From: an uncultured Nitrososphaerales archaeon
GTDB taxonomy: Archaea; Thermoproteota; Nitrososphaeria; Nitrososphaerales; Nitrososphaeraceae
Direction: 5' to 3'
DNA length: 64,000 nucleotides
Assembly: GCA_963841565.1 (NCBI GenBank)
Contig: CAWJCY010000013.1
Span: 32,001 to 96,000, forward strand
The notes beneath the pieces are model-generated. The model worked only from the letters and a program-made list of their open reading frames with translations, was not told where the DNA came from and made no database searches. Shown here piece after piece: positions 21,525 through 32,987 of the stretch (its first letter is position 1; every line of letters starts with the position of its first letter). A program made the position numbers and the translations under genes.

Positions 21525-22126
21525 AAAATAACAACTAGTCGATGGCCATCGGAATGTAATTTTAGAAGAGAAAGGCGAAAATAGAACTCCCATAAGGGAG
21601 AGAATTATTTGATATTGGAAGCAGGGTGCAGGTAGTATTCAATACTACTCTTGCTATGTGCGAAATCAGAATTAATCATATAATATCTTGTCTACGGAAG
21701 TACACTAAATAATATCGCTAAATTGGTAAATTAGTAGTACCTATCTAATACACCATTAGAAAAATCCAGACTTGAGATGAGAAATCTACCTCTAGTTAGA
21801 ACCTCCTTCACCATTTTAAGTATGAGCTGGAGAAACCTTCCAGGTAACTGCGTAGAACGCCATTCAATGTATTAACGAACTCTAGAGTAAAACAATAGTA
21901 ATAAATGAGCTTTGGGGCGATATTACGCCTGTCGAGCTGTAGAGATCTGGTAATGAAAAAGATCCATGCTCTACCTATGTCCAGAAAATGTCAAATTTAG
22001 AAAAAAGATATATTGTTTTCCACATTAATGTATTATTAATCCTTTAGATCAAGTAATATAAAGATAAAATGTTTGGTTTTACCTAAGAGGAAATGGTTTA
22101 TAAAAATATAAAAGAAAAAATCGCTA

Positions 22127-22243
22127 TTATGGAGACGAAGGTTTTTTCCTTTCCCCTCTGCCAGAATGAGCAATTTTTCTATGTTTCTTTAGTCTTTCTT
22201 GCTCAGTAAATTTCATTCCACACTCCTTGCAAGGAAAAGACAA
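22127..22243 (-). CDS. 38-aa single C2H2 zinc-finger microprotein (not in ORF track)
   Basis: TTG start; MSFPCKECGMKFTEQERLKKHRKIAHSGRGERKKPSSP* matches F-x-C-x2-C-x3-F-x5-L-x2-H-x4-H. Confidence 0.8.
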   Translation of the reverse strand: MSFPCKECGMKFTEQERLKKHRKIAHSGRGERKKPSSP

Positions 22244-22961
22244 ATTCAGCTCCACTCTCGCCGTTCGAGTTCTGTTTTCTACTTAAAAAATTTGATATTT
22301 TCATTCTTAAACATTACTTCCTCCTATGTACCGTCTGACATTATTTTAAGTACCAGATTATTTATGCCATGCTTAACTTAGTTAATGAAACGGAACTTTC
22401 GCAAAGTTAATATGCTGAGTTGAAGATAATGCTCAGTTTTTAGGGAGCGATTTTAGAAGTCTAATATCTGTAGATATTTTTTGGGTATTTGAGCTCTAGC
22501 CCTGCTAACAATCAAATGAAAATTGGTCTCCTAACCATTAGTGAGAAATAGCAGACATCAAATCACTTTGCTTTCCATAATTAGAAACTTACTAATAGAA
22601 CTAATTGTTAGTAAAGACAAGTTCGCATCTTCTTGATCATTTGAAATAACAGATCAGGTTCAAAAATATCGTGAAAGCGATAGAGCAATGCTACGTAGCT
22701 AACAAAGAATCCAGAATTGTCTAACGGATTAGTTTGTTTTGCATTCTGTTTTTAGAGATCTCTTTATTGGTCCTCTATCCTTGCTAAAGTAGTTAGTTGT
22801 ATCGAACTACGTAATCCCTCTTTGGATTCCGTGTTAACTGGCGCTGCCAGCCATTCACTTCTGATTAAAATTCTGTGGCCTAGCATTGAACCGATCCTCT
22901 TTTATCTCAGATTCGTGTCCCTTCCAACAGCAAAATGTATCCATATTTAGATTCGAATCAG

Positions 22962-23369
22962 TCAATTGACTCGATGAATGGCAATGATTGTCAAGTGTGC
23001 ATACTCACTATCTTTTCCCATCGATGATTGGATTGATTGGGAATATAGCATTTGTGAACCTCTTAGCTCAACTAGACTTTCTAGAGCATTCAACACAAGT
23101 AAGGTTTGAACTGATTCGGCAGTATCTAATGAATTCAAATATTCGATTTGTCCCGTGGAGTTTTACTGAGCCAACTCGCTCAGTACTGGATAGTTGGCTA
23201 ACAACTCATCCACCATAAGATCTATTGTGCGGTTACCACCTGCGGAGTTTTGTGCCTGAATTTCCAACCCGCCTTGTCCACTTATTGGATCGAATTGGAT
23301 AGCTACTGCGGCAAACACAAAGCAGCTCATTAGCGCCGCAAGGGATCCGATTGTCTTATTCACATTCAT
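22962..23369 (-). pseudogene. secreted hypothetical protein with in-frame TAA at 23163-23165
   Basis: signal peptide MNVNKTIGSLAALMSCFVFAAVA; frame continues past the stop as NSTGQIEYLNSLDTAESVQTLLVLNALESLVEL... Confidence 0.5.
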
Positions 23370-23393
23370 ACGTAATCATCATCATTATCATTA

Positions 23394-23682
23394 TCATGAT
23401 ATTCGACATCCATCCCCATACCAGCCAGCCTTGTAACCGTCTCTCCAATTCTTTGTGTGAGACGTGTGTCCCCCGCAGTAATCATGCTCCGTCTGACAGT
23501 CTATTTTTCCCAAATGATATCCGTCACACAAATTCTGAGTATGCAATGCTCCGACACTTTCCACATTTTTACTTTGAGTAAGCGTGGCAGAAGCCAGCTG
23601 GTTCGTTGACACAATTGGACTAAACAATAACGGGAACTAGAGCAGTTGCGGTCACATAACCTGCAGTATACTTTTTTATCAC
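23394..23682 (-). pseudogene. small secreted Cys/His/Gly-rich protein, frameshifted in the signal peptide
   Basis: GTG IKKYTAGYVTATALV joins LLFSPIV...; repeated DGY..G motif (DGYHLG, DGYKAGW) and 4 Cys. Confidence 0.5.
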
Positions 23683-23783
23683 ATTGTTCCCGTGATTAGT
23701 TATATTTAAATATTCTATGAGAGTTGTGCCCTTAGCCTTAGATCACAACTCTATAGACCGATATTGCTGGCGAATGAGAACAT

Positions 23784-24278
23784 TTGCAAGAAATATATTT
23801 CGAGGTTACTCAACAAGGATTGGCATTGACAGCTATAAACTCACACGATTTATCCAGCGAGCCAATTCGCAAGTTCTTTGGAGACAGAAATTTTGCATTC
23901 TTATCTACTATTAATAAAGATGGCTCACCTCAGGTGACCCCGACTTGGATAGATATGGATGTAGAGCATGGGCTCATCCTAATTAATACGGCAGTTGGAA
24001 GACTGAAGCAAAAAAATGTGTCAAGGGATCCTCGGATATCAATATCGATGATTGATGGAAGGGACAACCCTTACAGTATGGTTACCATCAAAGGGAAAGT
24101 GATAGAACAATCAAAGAGTGGAGCAAACGAACATATTGATAAGCTTGCGAGAAAATACCTGAATACCGACAAATATCCGGCTCACTCTCCCAAAGTAACT
24201 AGGATAATCTTAAAAATTAGACCTGAAAAGATTTCGTATCTACCACCAAGATATACTCAGTACCTTAAGAGCGATTAA
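23784..24278 (+). CDS. PPOX-class F420-dependent oxidoreductase
   Basis: FAFLSTINKDGSPQVTPTW, NTAVGRLKQKNVSRDPRIS, HIDKLARKYL; true start may be downstream. Confidence 0.9.
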   Translation: MQEIYFEVTQQGLALTAINSHDLSSEPIRKFFGDRNFAFLSTINKDGSPQVTPTWIDMDVEHGLILINTAVGRLKQKNVSRDPRISISMIDGRDNPYSMVTIKGKVIEQSKSGANEHIDKLARKYLNTDKYPAHSPKVTRIILKIRPEKISYLPPRYTQYLKSD

Positions 24279-24420
24279 ACGATTCGATCCGCTCCACACA
24301 ATAATAAAAATGATGACAATAGGAGTTTTCAATTAATGTCTCTATTGCCAAAATCCTATAACCCCGATCTCCTTGAACAGAAAGAATGATGCGATGTAAA
24401 TGCAGCTAATTTTTTAGGAA

Positions 24421-24450
24421 GTGCATTAATGTGCATCAATGTGCACATTT
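24421..24450. repeat. three tandem 10-mers GTGCATTAAT/GTGCATCAAT/GTGCACATTT
   Basis: direct reading; intergenic. Confidence 0.5.
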
Positions 24451-24727
24451 AGAGATACAAGTTCAAGTACTGTGTTAACACAATTGCTTACACCTGGTGA
24501 ATAAGCGTAGAATGGTCGATGTTATTTCATATCGATGTGGGCGTGATATCATTGTGCTAAATCTTGTTATGCATCGCAAGTAAAGTATTGAAAATCAAGT
24601 TGGAAAGCCTATGAAGCGCAAACTTGGGACCACATTAAGTCAGTTGAACCTAAAGACGAAGCATTCCCATAGGAGGAATTTGAATCCTATGGCGATACTA
24701 GAAGTGGCTGAAAGTACACATCAGACT

Positions 24728-25507
24728 TTAAGCCTTTTGGCCTACAAAAATAGAATTAGGATATGAAAAATAGATTTCGTTTCCTTCAAAATGACTATCT
24801 AGCCCGAGTATGTTATTCTTTGTATCTTCAATAAATAATTGGCGAATTTTGTCAACATTAGTAGGATCGGGAAATGAGGTCTGAAGATGATCTTCAAGTC
24901 CAATTTTCATCCTATAAAACCCTCGTTTTAGAATTGGTATTCCCACTCTTTGGAATAGTTCTTCAAATTCGGATATAGTTAGAGATCTTACATGTGACGG
25001 ATCTCGGAGATGTTCTAGTTGATTATATTGAATTGCTTTCTCAGGAGGTGGGGTTGGATCGATTACTACAACTTTTCCTCCGATAGTACAAACTCTGTTC
25101 ATTTCGATGAGGGCTGAAAGGGGATTCAACAAATGATGAAAACTAAACTTGGTAATGACGATAGAAAATGAATTTGATGCGTACGGGAATGTTTTTGTTA
25201 TATCCCCCATATCCCATCTTACGTTGTCTAACTTGTTCGTTATCTGCAGGTTTTTGGCTTGCTCAATCATTGCGGGCGTTATGTCAATTCCAGTTACTTG
25301 TCTACATATCTTTGCGAATTCAATAGTTAGTGAGCCCGTGCCAGAGGCCACGTCTAGTACGATATCATTTTCGGTTGGTTGGAGGAGAGTTTGGATTCTC
25401 TCAAACACTTCCCCAATATATTGACTAGATTTTTTAGCGAATGGCACAGCTTGCTTAGTGAATTGATCGATAATCAAATATCTATGATCGTATACCGGAT
25501 TGTCCAT
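24728..25507 (-). CDS. class I SAM-dependent methyltransferase (UbiE-like)
   Basis: VLDVASGTG, GIDITPAMI, FSFHH, EMNRV...GG, RDPSH. Confidence 0.9.
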   Translation of the reverse strand: MDNPVYDHRYLIIDQFTKQAVPFAKKSSQYIGEVFERIQTLLQPTENDIVLDVASGTGSLTIEFAKICRQVTGIDITPAMIEQAKNLQITNKLDNVRWDMGDITKTFPYASNSFSIVITKFSFHHLLNPLSALIEMNRVCTIGGKVVVIDPTPPPEKAIQYNQLEHLRDPSHVRSLTISEFEELFQRVGIPILKRGFYRMKIGLEDHLQTSFPDPTNVDKIRQLFIEDTKNNILGLDSHFEGNEIYFSYPNSIFVGQKA

Positions 25508-26423
25508 AATACCATCCCTTAAATCAAAGATATAATCTCTTGTATTGTTACCAAACCCAATTAGCAGATGGAGAAAGCGATATTGCGTCCGTTAGTTTCC
25601 GACACCAAATAGAGGGGCACAAAGGTTATCACCAATAATACAAGAAGAAACGACGACCAAGATAAGTGATCACTCTAGACGCATTTACAATCTATAAAAA
25701 GCAATGCAGGTGGACCTAGAGCAAACATGGTACCTCTAAGAAGGCAGGCGGCCAGAGAATTTGTCTAATCTCATGAGCGTGTTGGTCGCCTGTCCCTCAA
25801 CCCTGTGCAGGTTTTATTTTGCCAGACTTTGTAGTCATTGTTTGCTTTGCGCTTTAGTATAAAAGACATTCCGGAACTTGGTTATTCTTATTAAGAATAG
25901 GTTCGTATATCGCAGCACTACATTAAGCGTTCGTCTGTCAGATTATAGGATTCTGGGTCAGAGTCTCTTTTATTAGGTGAAAATGCGCTTTGTAATGCTC
26001 GTTGCAGTGACGGTTTGTACATGTTGGACACTAAGCGGTAAGTTTGTTAAAACAATGTCAATGCCGCAAAAATTGTTTCAATTATTAATTTCAAATCTAT
26101 AAACACACTCTGTAACCATTCATTACTTCAATTGTTGTGTTATGCCAGTTGCAAGTTGACTCATTCTAGTTTTCCTTTTATCCACTCGTTCACATCGTGG
26201 ACTTCAAATTCAAATTCAAATTCTACTTACCTGTTTGCTTCGTAGACTTGGACAGATGAACTGCTACTCCAATTCAGGGTAGCTTCTGGTCGGATTTCGT
26301 GATCAATATCTGGTCAACCATAGTAACTCTTTCTATGAACCTAAAACAAACGCCTAACGGAGTTGACTCGTATCCATGATAAGTAGTTAGATTATTTAAA
26401 GTGCGTATCACAATGGGGTCTGA

Positions 26424-26909
26424 ATGACTTCAAACCGACACAAGAATCCTATTCCGACTGTTGACATCATAATTGAACAGAATTCAAGAATTCTAATGAT
26501 AAGAAGGAAGAACGAACCCTACAAGGGGTGCTTAGCGCTTCCAGGAGGGTTCGTAAACGAAGGAGAAAGAATTGAAGATGCCGCGAGGCGAGAGGCAAAT
26601 GAAGAAACGTCCCTTAACATTGGCCTAAGAGAGATTCTTGGAGTTTACTCTGATCCAAAAAGGGATCCAAGAGGACATTTGATGTCAACTGTATTTGTTG
26701 CAATACTTCCCGTTGGTAACGATACCGAACCTGTGCAGGCATCAGCTCAGGACGATGCAGAAGAGATATATTGGATCTATTTAGACGCTCTCGACAACAG
26801 TAATATAGCTTTTGATCACAAGAAGATTCTTTTTGACTATAAAGTTTGGAAACAGTATAACGGCACATTCTGGTCGTCAAAAAGCGTTACTAACACTAAA
26901 GCCGGTTGA
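26424..26909 (+). CDS. NUDIX hydrolase (ADP-ribose pyrophosphatase-like)
   Basis: Nudix box GGFVNEGERIEDAARREANEETSL; RDPRGH; AFDH. Confidence 0.92.
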   Translation: MTSNRHKNPIPTVDIIIEQNSRILMIRRKNEPYKGCLALPGGFVNEGERIEDAARREANEETSLNIGLREILGVYSDPKRDPRGHLMSTVFVAILPVGNDTEPVQASAQDDAEEIYWIYLDALDNSNIAFDHKKILFDYKVWKQYNGTFWSSKSVTNTKAG

Positions 26910-27535
26910 GCCACCTAGATTAACCTGTACTAAAGATTTTTGGATCAAGATACTACCAAAAAAGAGATTAATAGTGAAATGAATAATAATGACATTAACG
27001 TGCCGCTATGATCCATAGTATGAGCAGAATTCTATTATAGACAGTAATATGTTCTAACATGAACTCTTACTACGGAAAAGCCATAACTTTGTAATCACAG
27101 GTGTATATATTTGTAAACCATTTGTAATGTGTTATTATCTTGGGTGCTTTTAATTTATTTAAATATCTTGAAATATTTGAGACGGCGAAGTAACTCTTGA
27201 ACCTTAGAGACATAGGGAGCCCATGTTGTATTCGATATTGAGGGAGCAGAAAGTCATTTCACCTCAATAAGGGGCACTCATGATTAAGCCCCCTTTGATT
27301 AGTGATGGATTCCTTAGCTTCCACCAAATAGAATGCGGCTAAAGGTGATTAAATAAAATTCTCTGATTTAAATTTCAGTTATAAGATAATTGTCTTCTCA
27401 AGATTGAGAAATTGTTGGTGGTGATAATAAGACACATTTCCAACCAGAAATAACGCATAACATATTGGTACCACCCTAATATAATATAGCGGCTCAAATA
27501 CCTGAATGACTACTGGTATTATGCACATAGTCATT

Positions 27536-29068
27536 CTAATCGAAATTTGCAATTAGATATTGTTCAAATTTGATCGTTTCATTTTTTCCTAACAAAATGT
27601 CGTCATGAAAGATTGCCTTTTTCCCTTTAGATACATAAATCTTGAGAATGGACGAATCCCTTAGTAATTCCGCAACCAAGTCAGGTCCCTTTGCTAACAT
27701 CCCCCTCTCACCTAGAGCATACAAGGTATAATTATTATCATTGCCTTTTTCCAGCTTTGGATTCTCAAACACCAAGTCATATCTGTTTATTCTATCTTCA
27801 ATAACCAGCCTCAATTTTCCAATCTTGTCATCAATTTCCGCTTTCAAAACATATCTATCAAGACTTTCTATCTCGATACTACTCCCAATCTGTGCTTCCG
27901 CATTATCACTAGCGGTATGATGGGAATTTCCATCCGCCTTTCGAGTCCATATCATCCCTTCCTCTGCTACAACTATTCTAAACTTGCCTTGCGCCCCAGA
28001 TATCTTAAGATGTGAATCAATTGTGCTCTGAAGTCCTGCTGAAGTCATTGGTTTAGTGGGTCCTCTGAACCACTGATTCGAACCTTCATCAAAATCTTCA
28101 AGACCACTGTAATGTACTATGTAACATTCCTTGGCGTTCCACCTTCTGACGAGATCATATGCTTCGGTGACCGAGATCATGCCTGTTTCAGGGTGCGGGT
28201 TATAAGTTTCAGCCCCAAGAATTAGTAAATCTGGATTCCAAAATACACTTTCTTTAGCTTCTGGGAGGGACAAAAAATCCCATCCTATAATTATCTTCAT
28301 ATTCAGAATGTTTACAACATAGATAACAGAGTCATCCGAAGACTCATTCCCGTGGTATGCTTGAAAAGCGATTATCGAAAATGGTCCCACATTGAAATAT
28401 TCGTTGGGAGTTACAACTTGGAAGTCTACGTACTTTTCAATATTATTCTTTGTCAAAGGGGTGCGCGACAATAAATCATCAATTATATGTTTCTCGCATG
28501 CACGCGTACAATAGACTCTAATTTTGCTCCTCGCTACATTCTCTGCGATTGAGGACTGCCGTTGAATAAGTTTGGGAAGGTCACTTATATGATCCTTATG
28601 TGAATGAGAAATTAGTAAAGCGTCAAAAAGACGAGCGTCTTCTTTTCGTAGAGCTGGATCCTGCGTTTGAGAGCTGCGCGAAGAGAGTAGCAATGGGGAA
28701 CCTATCGCTGGACTAGGATGTAAGCTCGGCTGACCGTGATTTCTCTCTGAGCGATATTTTTCTATCCCTAGGTCTGAAAGTCCTTTTTCAACACTACTAA
28801 TTACGCCTTCGCCGAGATCGAAGAGGATATGAAAGTCTGAATCAAAAGTATTCTGTTTGGTTTCTTGGATTATTATTGAACAAGATGTATTTGCGTCACT
28901 CCTAGATTGTACTATCTCTGCATATCTTTCAGATGTCTCTTGAGTACCCAAACGGCTCTTATCAGGTATGACTCCATTAATTCTGACGATTACCTCTTTT
29001 TGACTTAATTGATTATCACCGGAAGATTGAGCAAGATTCTTAATATTTTTGTCATACGATGGAATCAT
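27536..29068 (-). CDS. metallo-beta-lactamase-fold hydrolase with extra C-terminal domain
   Basis: ILFDLGEG, ISHSHKDH, AYHG, IGWD, IVHYSG. Confidence 0.82.
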   Translation of the reverse strand: MIPSYDKNIKNLAQSSGDNQLSQKEVIVRINGVIPDKSRLGTQETSERYAEIVQSRSDANTSCSIIIQETKQNTFDSDFHILFDLGEGVISSVEKGLSDLGIEKYRSERNHGQPSLHPSPAIGSPLLLSSRSSQTQDPALRKEDARLFDALLISHSHKDHISDLPKLIQRQSSIAENVARSKIRVYCTRACEKHIIDDLLSRTPLTKNNIEKYVDFQVVTPNEYFNVGPFSIIAFQAYHGNESSDDSVIYVVNILNMKIIIGWDFLSLPEAKESVFWNPDLLILGAETYNPHPETGMISVTEAYDLVRRWNAKECYIVHYSGLEDFDEGSNQWFRGPTKPMTSAGLQSTIDSHLKISGAQGKFRIVVAEEGMIWTRKADGNSHHTASDNAEAQIGSSIEIESLDRYVLKAEIDDKIGKLRLVIEDRINRYDLVFENPKLEKGNDNNYTLYALGERGMLAKGPDLVAELLRDSSILKIYVSKGKKAIFHDDILLGKNETIKFEQYLIANFD

Positions 29069-29558
29069 ATTCTATAAATGCAACAAATGATTTATAACTA
29101 TTATAGGTTGTCAATTGCGAAAATTAGAGATTCAGATCAATGGTTTCTGGTTAATTCAAAAGCATTTCTAACCAACAAATATCATGAATTATCTGGCAAC
29201 CTTCAAATGTGGCTCAAATGCCATTACTGATCTGAAGGATTACTGTTCGAGTTTAAAGCTTGCCAAAAATTAGTTGGAGAATAATTAGTTTTTTGATGAG
29301 CACTTTGTCAATAGAAATAGTTATAAAACTCAAATATGGAATATGAGCGAAATCTGAATAATTTCCGAGACAATGACACGCAGAAAAGGTGCAGAGATAT
29401 TTGTTGAATTCGTCCAAAACCACACTAGTCATGTTCGTCCTACCTCTCTTTTCAGCCCCACTTTGATAATACTAGCGATATCAGATCATACTAGACCCCA
29501 CCAAGAAACAGAATCACAGTAGAGGAAAGTTACCTGTGCTTTCATACTCTTGAGCGCA

Positions 29559-29795
29559 TTACTCCCGCCCGTATAATTCCTTGTCAAAGGACAAAATCGC
29601 AAGAATCAACGCTGTAACAGCGAATATTCCTGCAATTGTGTAAAATTGCCATGGCACTGTAGGAGCAGAAGCTGGCAGTGCGTAAGAGAATACAAATGCA
29701 ACAAAAAAGAGCACAGCGACCACGATACCACCAACAAGTCTCCAAACTGACCGGTCGAACCTTTTAAGGAATCTAATTTTAGAATATATATTCAT
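29559..29795 (-). CDS. small two-TM membrane protein
   Basis: two hydrophobic segments; ATG start. Confidence 0.6.
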   Translation of the reverse strand: MNIYSKIRFLKRFDRSVWRLVGGIVVAVLFFVAFVFSYALPASAPTVPWQFYTIAGIFAVTALILAILSFDKELYGRE

Positions 29796-30643
29796 TCATT
29801 TGCCTCGAGCTTATTCACGAGTAATAGCTAAAATTTAATGTTGAGATCACGAAATCAAAAACCCTCACCTCATAGCTGACGACTGACAAACTAGACTAGT
29901 AGAGATTCGCTAATAGCTAAATTTGTTAACATACAGGTCGGTCGCAATTCAGCCATTAGATCAGTGTTACTTTGATGTTCGATTTATAGACTGAAGGGAG
30001 AGAAAGTGAGATAATCTATGGGACCGGTTAATTTGCCAAGTGTACTTGTTGATACAAATACTCGAATCAATATGCATACCGAAAATTGGAGAATGATGAG
30101 TCCAGCTCAGACTTCAAACTCTGAAAGGGTGGTTCGAGACTACTCACCACAATTCAAAGGACGATCGTGCTGTAGAATACTTCAGAGGCTTATGGTATGC
30201 GGCTCGCTGAACTGAAATTCATCGATAAGGGGATCACAAACATGTCATAGGACCAAGGCATTGGGGATGGGCATGTAGAGAGGGAAGTGAAAATAAATAA
30301 ACTCTGAGAATTAATTTATGACGTCGACCAAAGAGAAAGTATCCAAGTCTTTCGACTGATAATGTCTTAGCGCTTAAATGAGATAAGAATTACTCTAAAA
30401 TCTTGAATCCTACTAGTATCATTATTCTTATTTCGTAATCAACGGTAGAAGTTCTTTCTACAAGGTTTACTTGAAGTTGACATTATTAACAAATGGTATA
30501 ATTTCAGTCTTTTCAGTTATTCAATCAACGTCATTGAATTTTTAGAAAGCCTACAAGTGAACTTCTTACAAATTTCTTCATTTTCACTAGATCACGCTGA
30601 TATGGGTTACACATGATGAAAGTTTTTATAAGTCCCATCTGAC

Positions 30644-31804
30644 TTGGTAATATTGGTAAACCTGGGACTGTTTTTCGTTATTGTTGCGAGTATTGTGACC
30701 TCATTTATGTCGTACTCGACAAGTCAATTTCAAAATTCTCATTTTTCCACGGAAGCTTTGTCAGTAAACCAAGCTCTGGCACAACCAGATGGAGACGGTT
30801 CGTCCGAGCCCACTGACTTGGGAGAAGCTGACAATCAGCAGACTGAAAATGAGAATGGTCCTGAACCTCCAGGCGATTCAGGTGGGTCCCCTTCAGAGGA
30901 TCTGGTCGTTCCACCTAGCGACGGGTGCCCTACAGATTTTGTATTGGACCCAACGACAGGGGAGTGCGATTCGACTTTAGGTCCTTGCCCAGAAGGCGAG
31001 ACCAGGGGGCAGGCTGGATTTTGTGCAGTAATGCCTGAAAATTGCCCTCCTGGTATGTATATCAATGAGGATCCTCTTTGCGAGCCCTGCCCAACTGTAG
31101 GTGATGTTCCCAGCGAGTGTACTGCTCCAGAACCAGAGCCAGAACCAGAGCCAGTAACGCAACCAGAACCAGAGCCAGAACCAGAGTCAGTAACGCAACC
31201 AGAACCAGAGCCAGAACCAGAGTCAGTAACGCAACCAGAGCCTCTGCCCAATCTAAATAACACTACAAATCCTGGTAATGCGTCTATCATTACTATTAAC
31301 AATGCTATAGCACAAGCATTTTCTAGTACGACTTATAACACCAATGTTCTACAACAATTGGCACAGAACACCCTCCTTGTGGGTGAGGAAACAATCCCTC
31401 TGCAAGGTATGATTAAGGCAAATGATTCAAGACTACTTTCTACATTTGATCCGTTTAGACTAATAGGTGGTAGCGCAATAGTTTACCTTCCGACTAGCAA
31501 TCTTTCTTCCTCATCCTCATCTTTTCCTACCAGTACTTCATTTGTAACGACTCCTAGTAACCTTCAGCTAATAGCATTCGATGATGATACTCAGCAGTAT
31601 GTTACTCTCCCATCCATGAAGATGTCCATCCTGGAAAACTCTTATAAGACCGTTCTAGGAGCGGCGTTTCAAGGTACTAATCCATTTACCGGAGAGCAAG
31701 TTACTGTAGACAATATCAAAGCACTATTTTTGCTTAATGAATCTAATCAAACAATCTCCCTTGGATATGGTAGTAGCGTTGCTCTGCTGACGATAGTAAG
31801 GTAA
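30644..31804 (+). CDS. secreted protein with Cys-rich module and Pro/Glu repeat linker
   Basis: signal peptide, acidic region, 8 Cys (CP repeats), PEPEPEPE(P/S)VTQ x3, C-terminal globular domain. Confidence 0.8.
   Translation: MVILVNLGLFFVIVASIVTSFMSYSTSQFQNSHFSTEALSVNQALAQPDGDGSSEPTDLGEADNQQTENENGPEPPGDSGGSPSEDLVVPPSDGCPTDFVLDPTTGECDSTLGPCPEGETRGQAGFCAVMPENCPPGMYINEDPLCEPCPTVGDVPSECTAPEPEPEPEPVTQPEPEPEPESVTQPEPEPEPESVTQPEPLPNLNNTTNPGNASIITINNAIAQAFSSTTYNTNVLQQLAQNTLLVGEETIPLQGMIKANDSRLLSTFDPFRLIGGSAIVYLPTSNLSSSSSSFPTSTSFVTTPSNLQLIAFDDDTQQYVTLPSMKMSILENSYKTVLGAAFQGTNPFTGEQVTVDNIKALFLLNESNQTISLGYGSSVALLTIVR
31127..31243 (+). repeat. 36-bp in-frame tandem repeat x3 plus partial unit
   Basis: CCAGAACCAGAGCCAGAACCAGAG(C/T)CAGTAACGCAA at 31127, 31163 and 31199. 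Confidence 0.95.
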
Positions 31805-31929
31805 ATAGTCGACAAGAAACCTAATTACGTTCTCTTCCTATGGAACAGCCTCACACACGCCTGTCGTACACAAAAAAGATAAAGCACAGGGATCAGCGAT
31901 CATTTTTATACTACCTAAAATAATTTCTG

Positions 31930-32196
31930 CTAGTGATCGAATCGATCCTTCTCTTTACCAAATGAACGGAACAGCATCCCACTAAAGACCAATATTGCCG
32001 TTAAAGCAGAGCCTACAATAGCCCTCTCGAGGGGAATTGAGGCAAGTATAGAAATCATTAAGAAGGTTATTGCCCCAGCCGCAAGGCTTATGGGTAGCCA
32101 AGTCTTTATCGCAGATGAAGACCTAATCACCCTGTTTCTTTGGTTATTTAGTTCTCTATCCCAATATATTGATTGCACCTGATGTGCCGTAACCAA
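31930..32196 (-). CDS. small two-TM membrane protein
   Basis: two hydrophobic helices; start uncertain. Confidence 0.5.
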   Translation of the reverse strand: MVTAHQVQSIYWDRELNNQRNRVIRSSSAIKTWLPISLAAGAITFLMISILASIPLERAIVGSALTAILVFSGMLFRSFGKEKDRFDH

Positions 32197-32240
32197 TATT
32201 CCATCAAATATTTTTAAGGAAAGATAGGATTACAATATTA

Positions 32241-32987
32241 TTGTCACTTGAATCTCGAATCGAAATTCATACCGTGAAGAAGGTAAATCTTAAGGGAGGT
32301 ACTCTTATTGATGGTTTCCCAAGCGGAGGATTAACAAATTCAATAGCCTCAATGTGTTTCATGAATTTAGTACTCAACGATCTTGTATCGGTAATGGATT
32401 CACCAGGTTTTCCACCAATATCTATGGTCTATGAAGGAATCGGAAATTTTCCTACTAGAATTTATGCAAACGAGAATCTCAAAGTTGCCTTTCTAATCTC
32501 TGAACTGAAGGTAGATACGTCTATCTATTATTATGTTTCAAGAACAATATTACGATGGGCTAGAGAAAATGAATGCGAACTAGTGATTAGCGCAGGGACA
32601 GTACTTGATGAAGAATCAAACGGTTCACAAGAGGGACATGCAATTGATAGTGTATACGGAGTGGCAAGCACGAAAAGGGCTAGAGACCGAATTAGAAACA
32701 CTGAGATGATACGAGAGTTACCTAGCGGGGCGGTAAGTGGAATACCTGCATTGCTGTTGAATGAAGGAATTGTCAAGAAATTTGATGTCATTGTTTTGTT
32801 AGGGAAAACTATTCAAGATACTTCGGAATTTGGGCCTGCTGCATCCGCTTCAGAAGCCATCATGAGACTGGTACCGGGGCTTTCTTGCGATACCGGATCC
32901 TTACTTACCAAGGCACAAACATTTGAACAAAATTCAAGAAGGGTCAGGTCTGACCGTAAAGATTCTGCTATAAATCTGTATCGATAG
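32241..32987 (+). CDS. PAC2 family proteasome assembly chaperone-like protein
   Basis: LIDGFPSGGL..SIA, SPGFPP, PTRIY, GAVSGIPALLL; C-terminal LYR resembles an HbYX motif. Confidence 0.85.
   Translation: MSLESRIEIHTVKKVNLKGGTLIDGFPSGGLTNSIASMCFMNLVLNDLVSVMDSPGFPPISMVYEGIGNFPTRIYANENLKVAFLISELKVDTSIYYYVSRTILRWARENECELVISAGTVLDEESNGSQEGHAIDSVYGVASTKRARDRIRNTEMIRELPSGAVSGIPALLLNEGIVKKFDVIVLLGKTIQDTSEFGPAASASEAIMRLVPGLSCDTGSLLTKAQTFEQNSRRVRSDRKDSAINLYR

Noticed and set aside
31127-31243. CRISPR array
   Set aside because: Contiguous in-frame coding repeats with no unique spacers.
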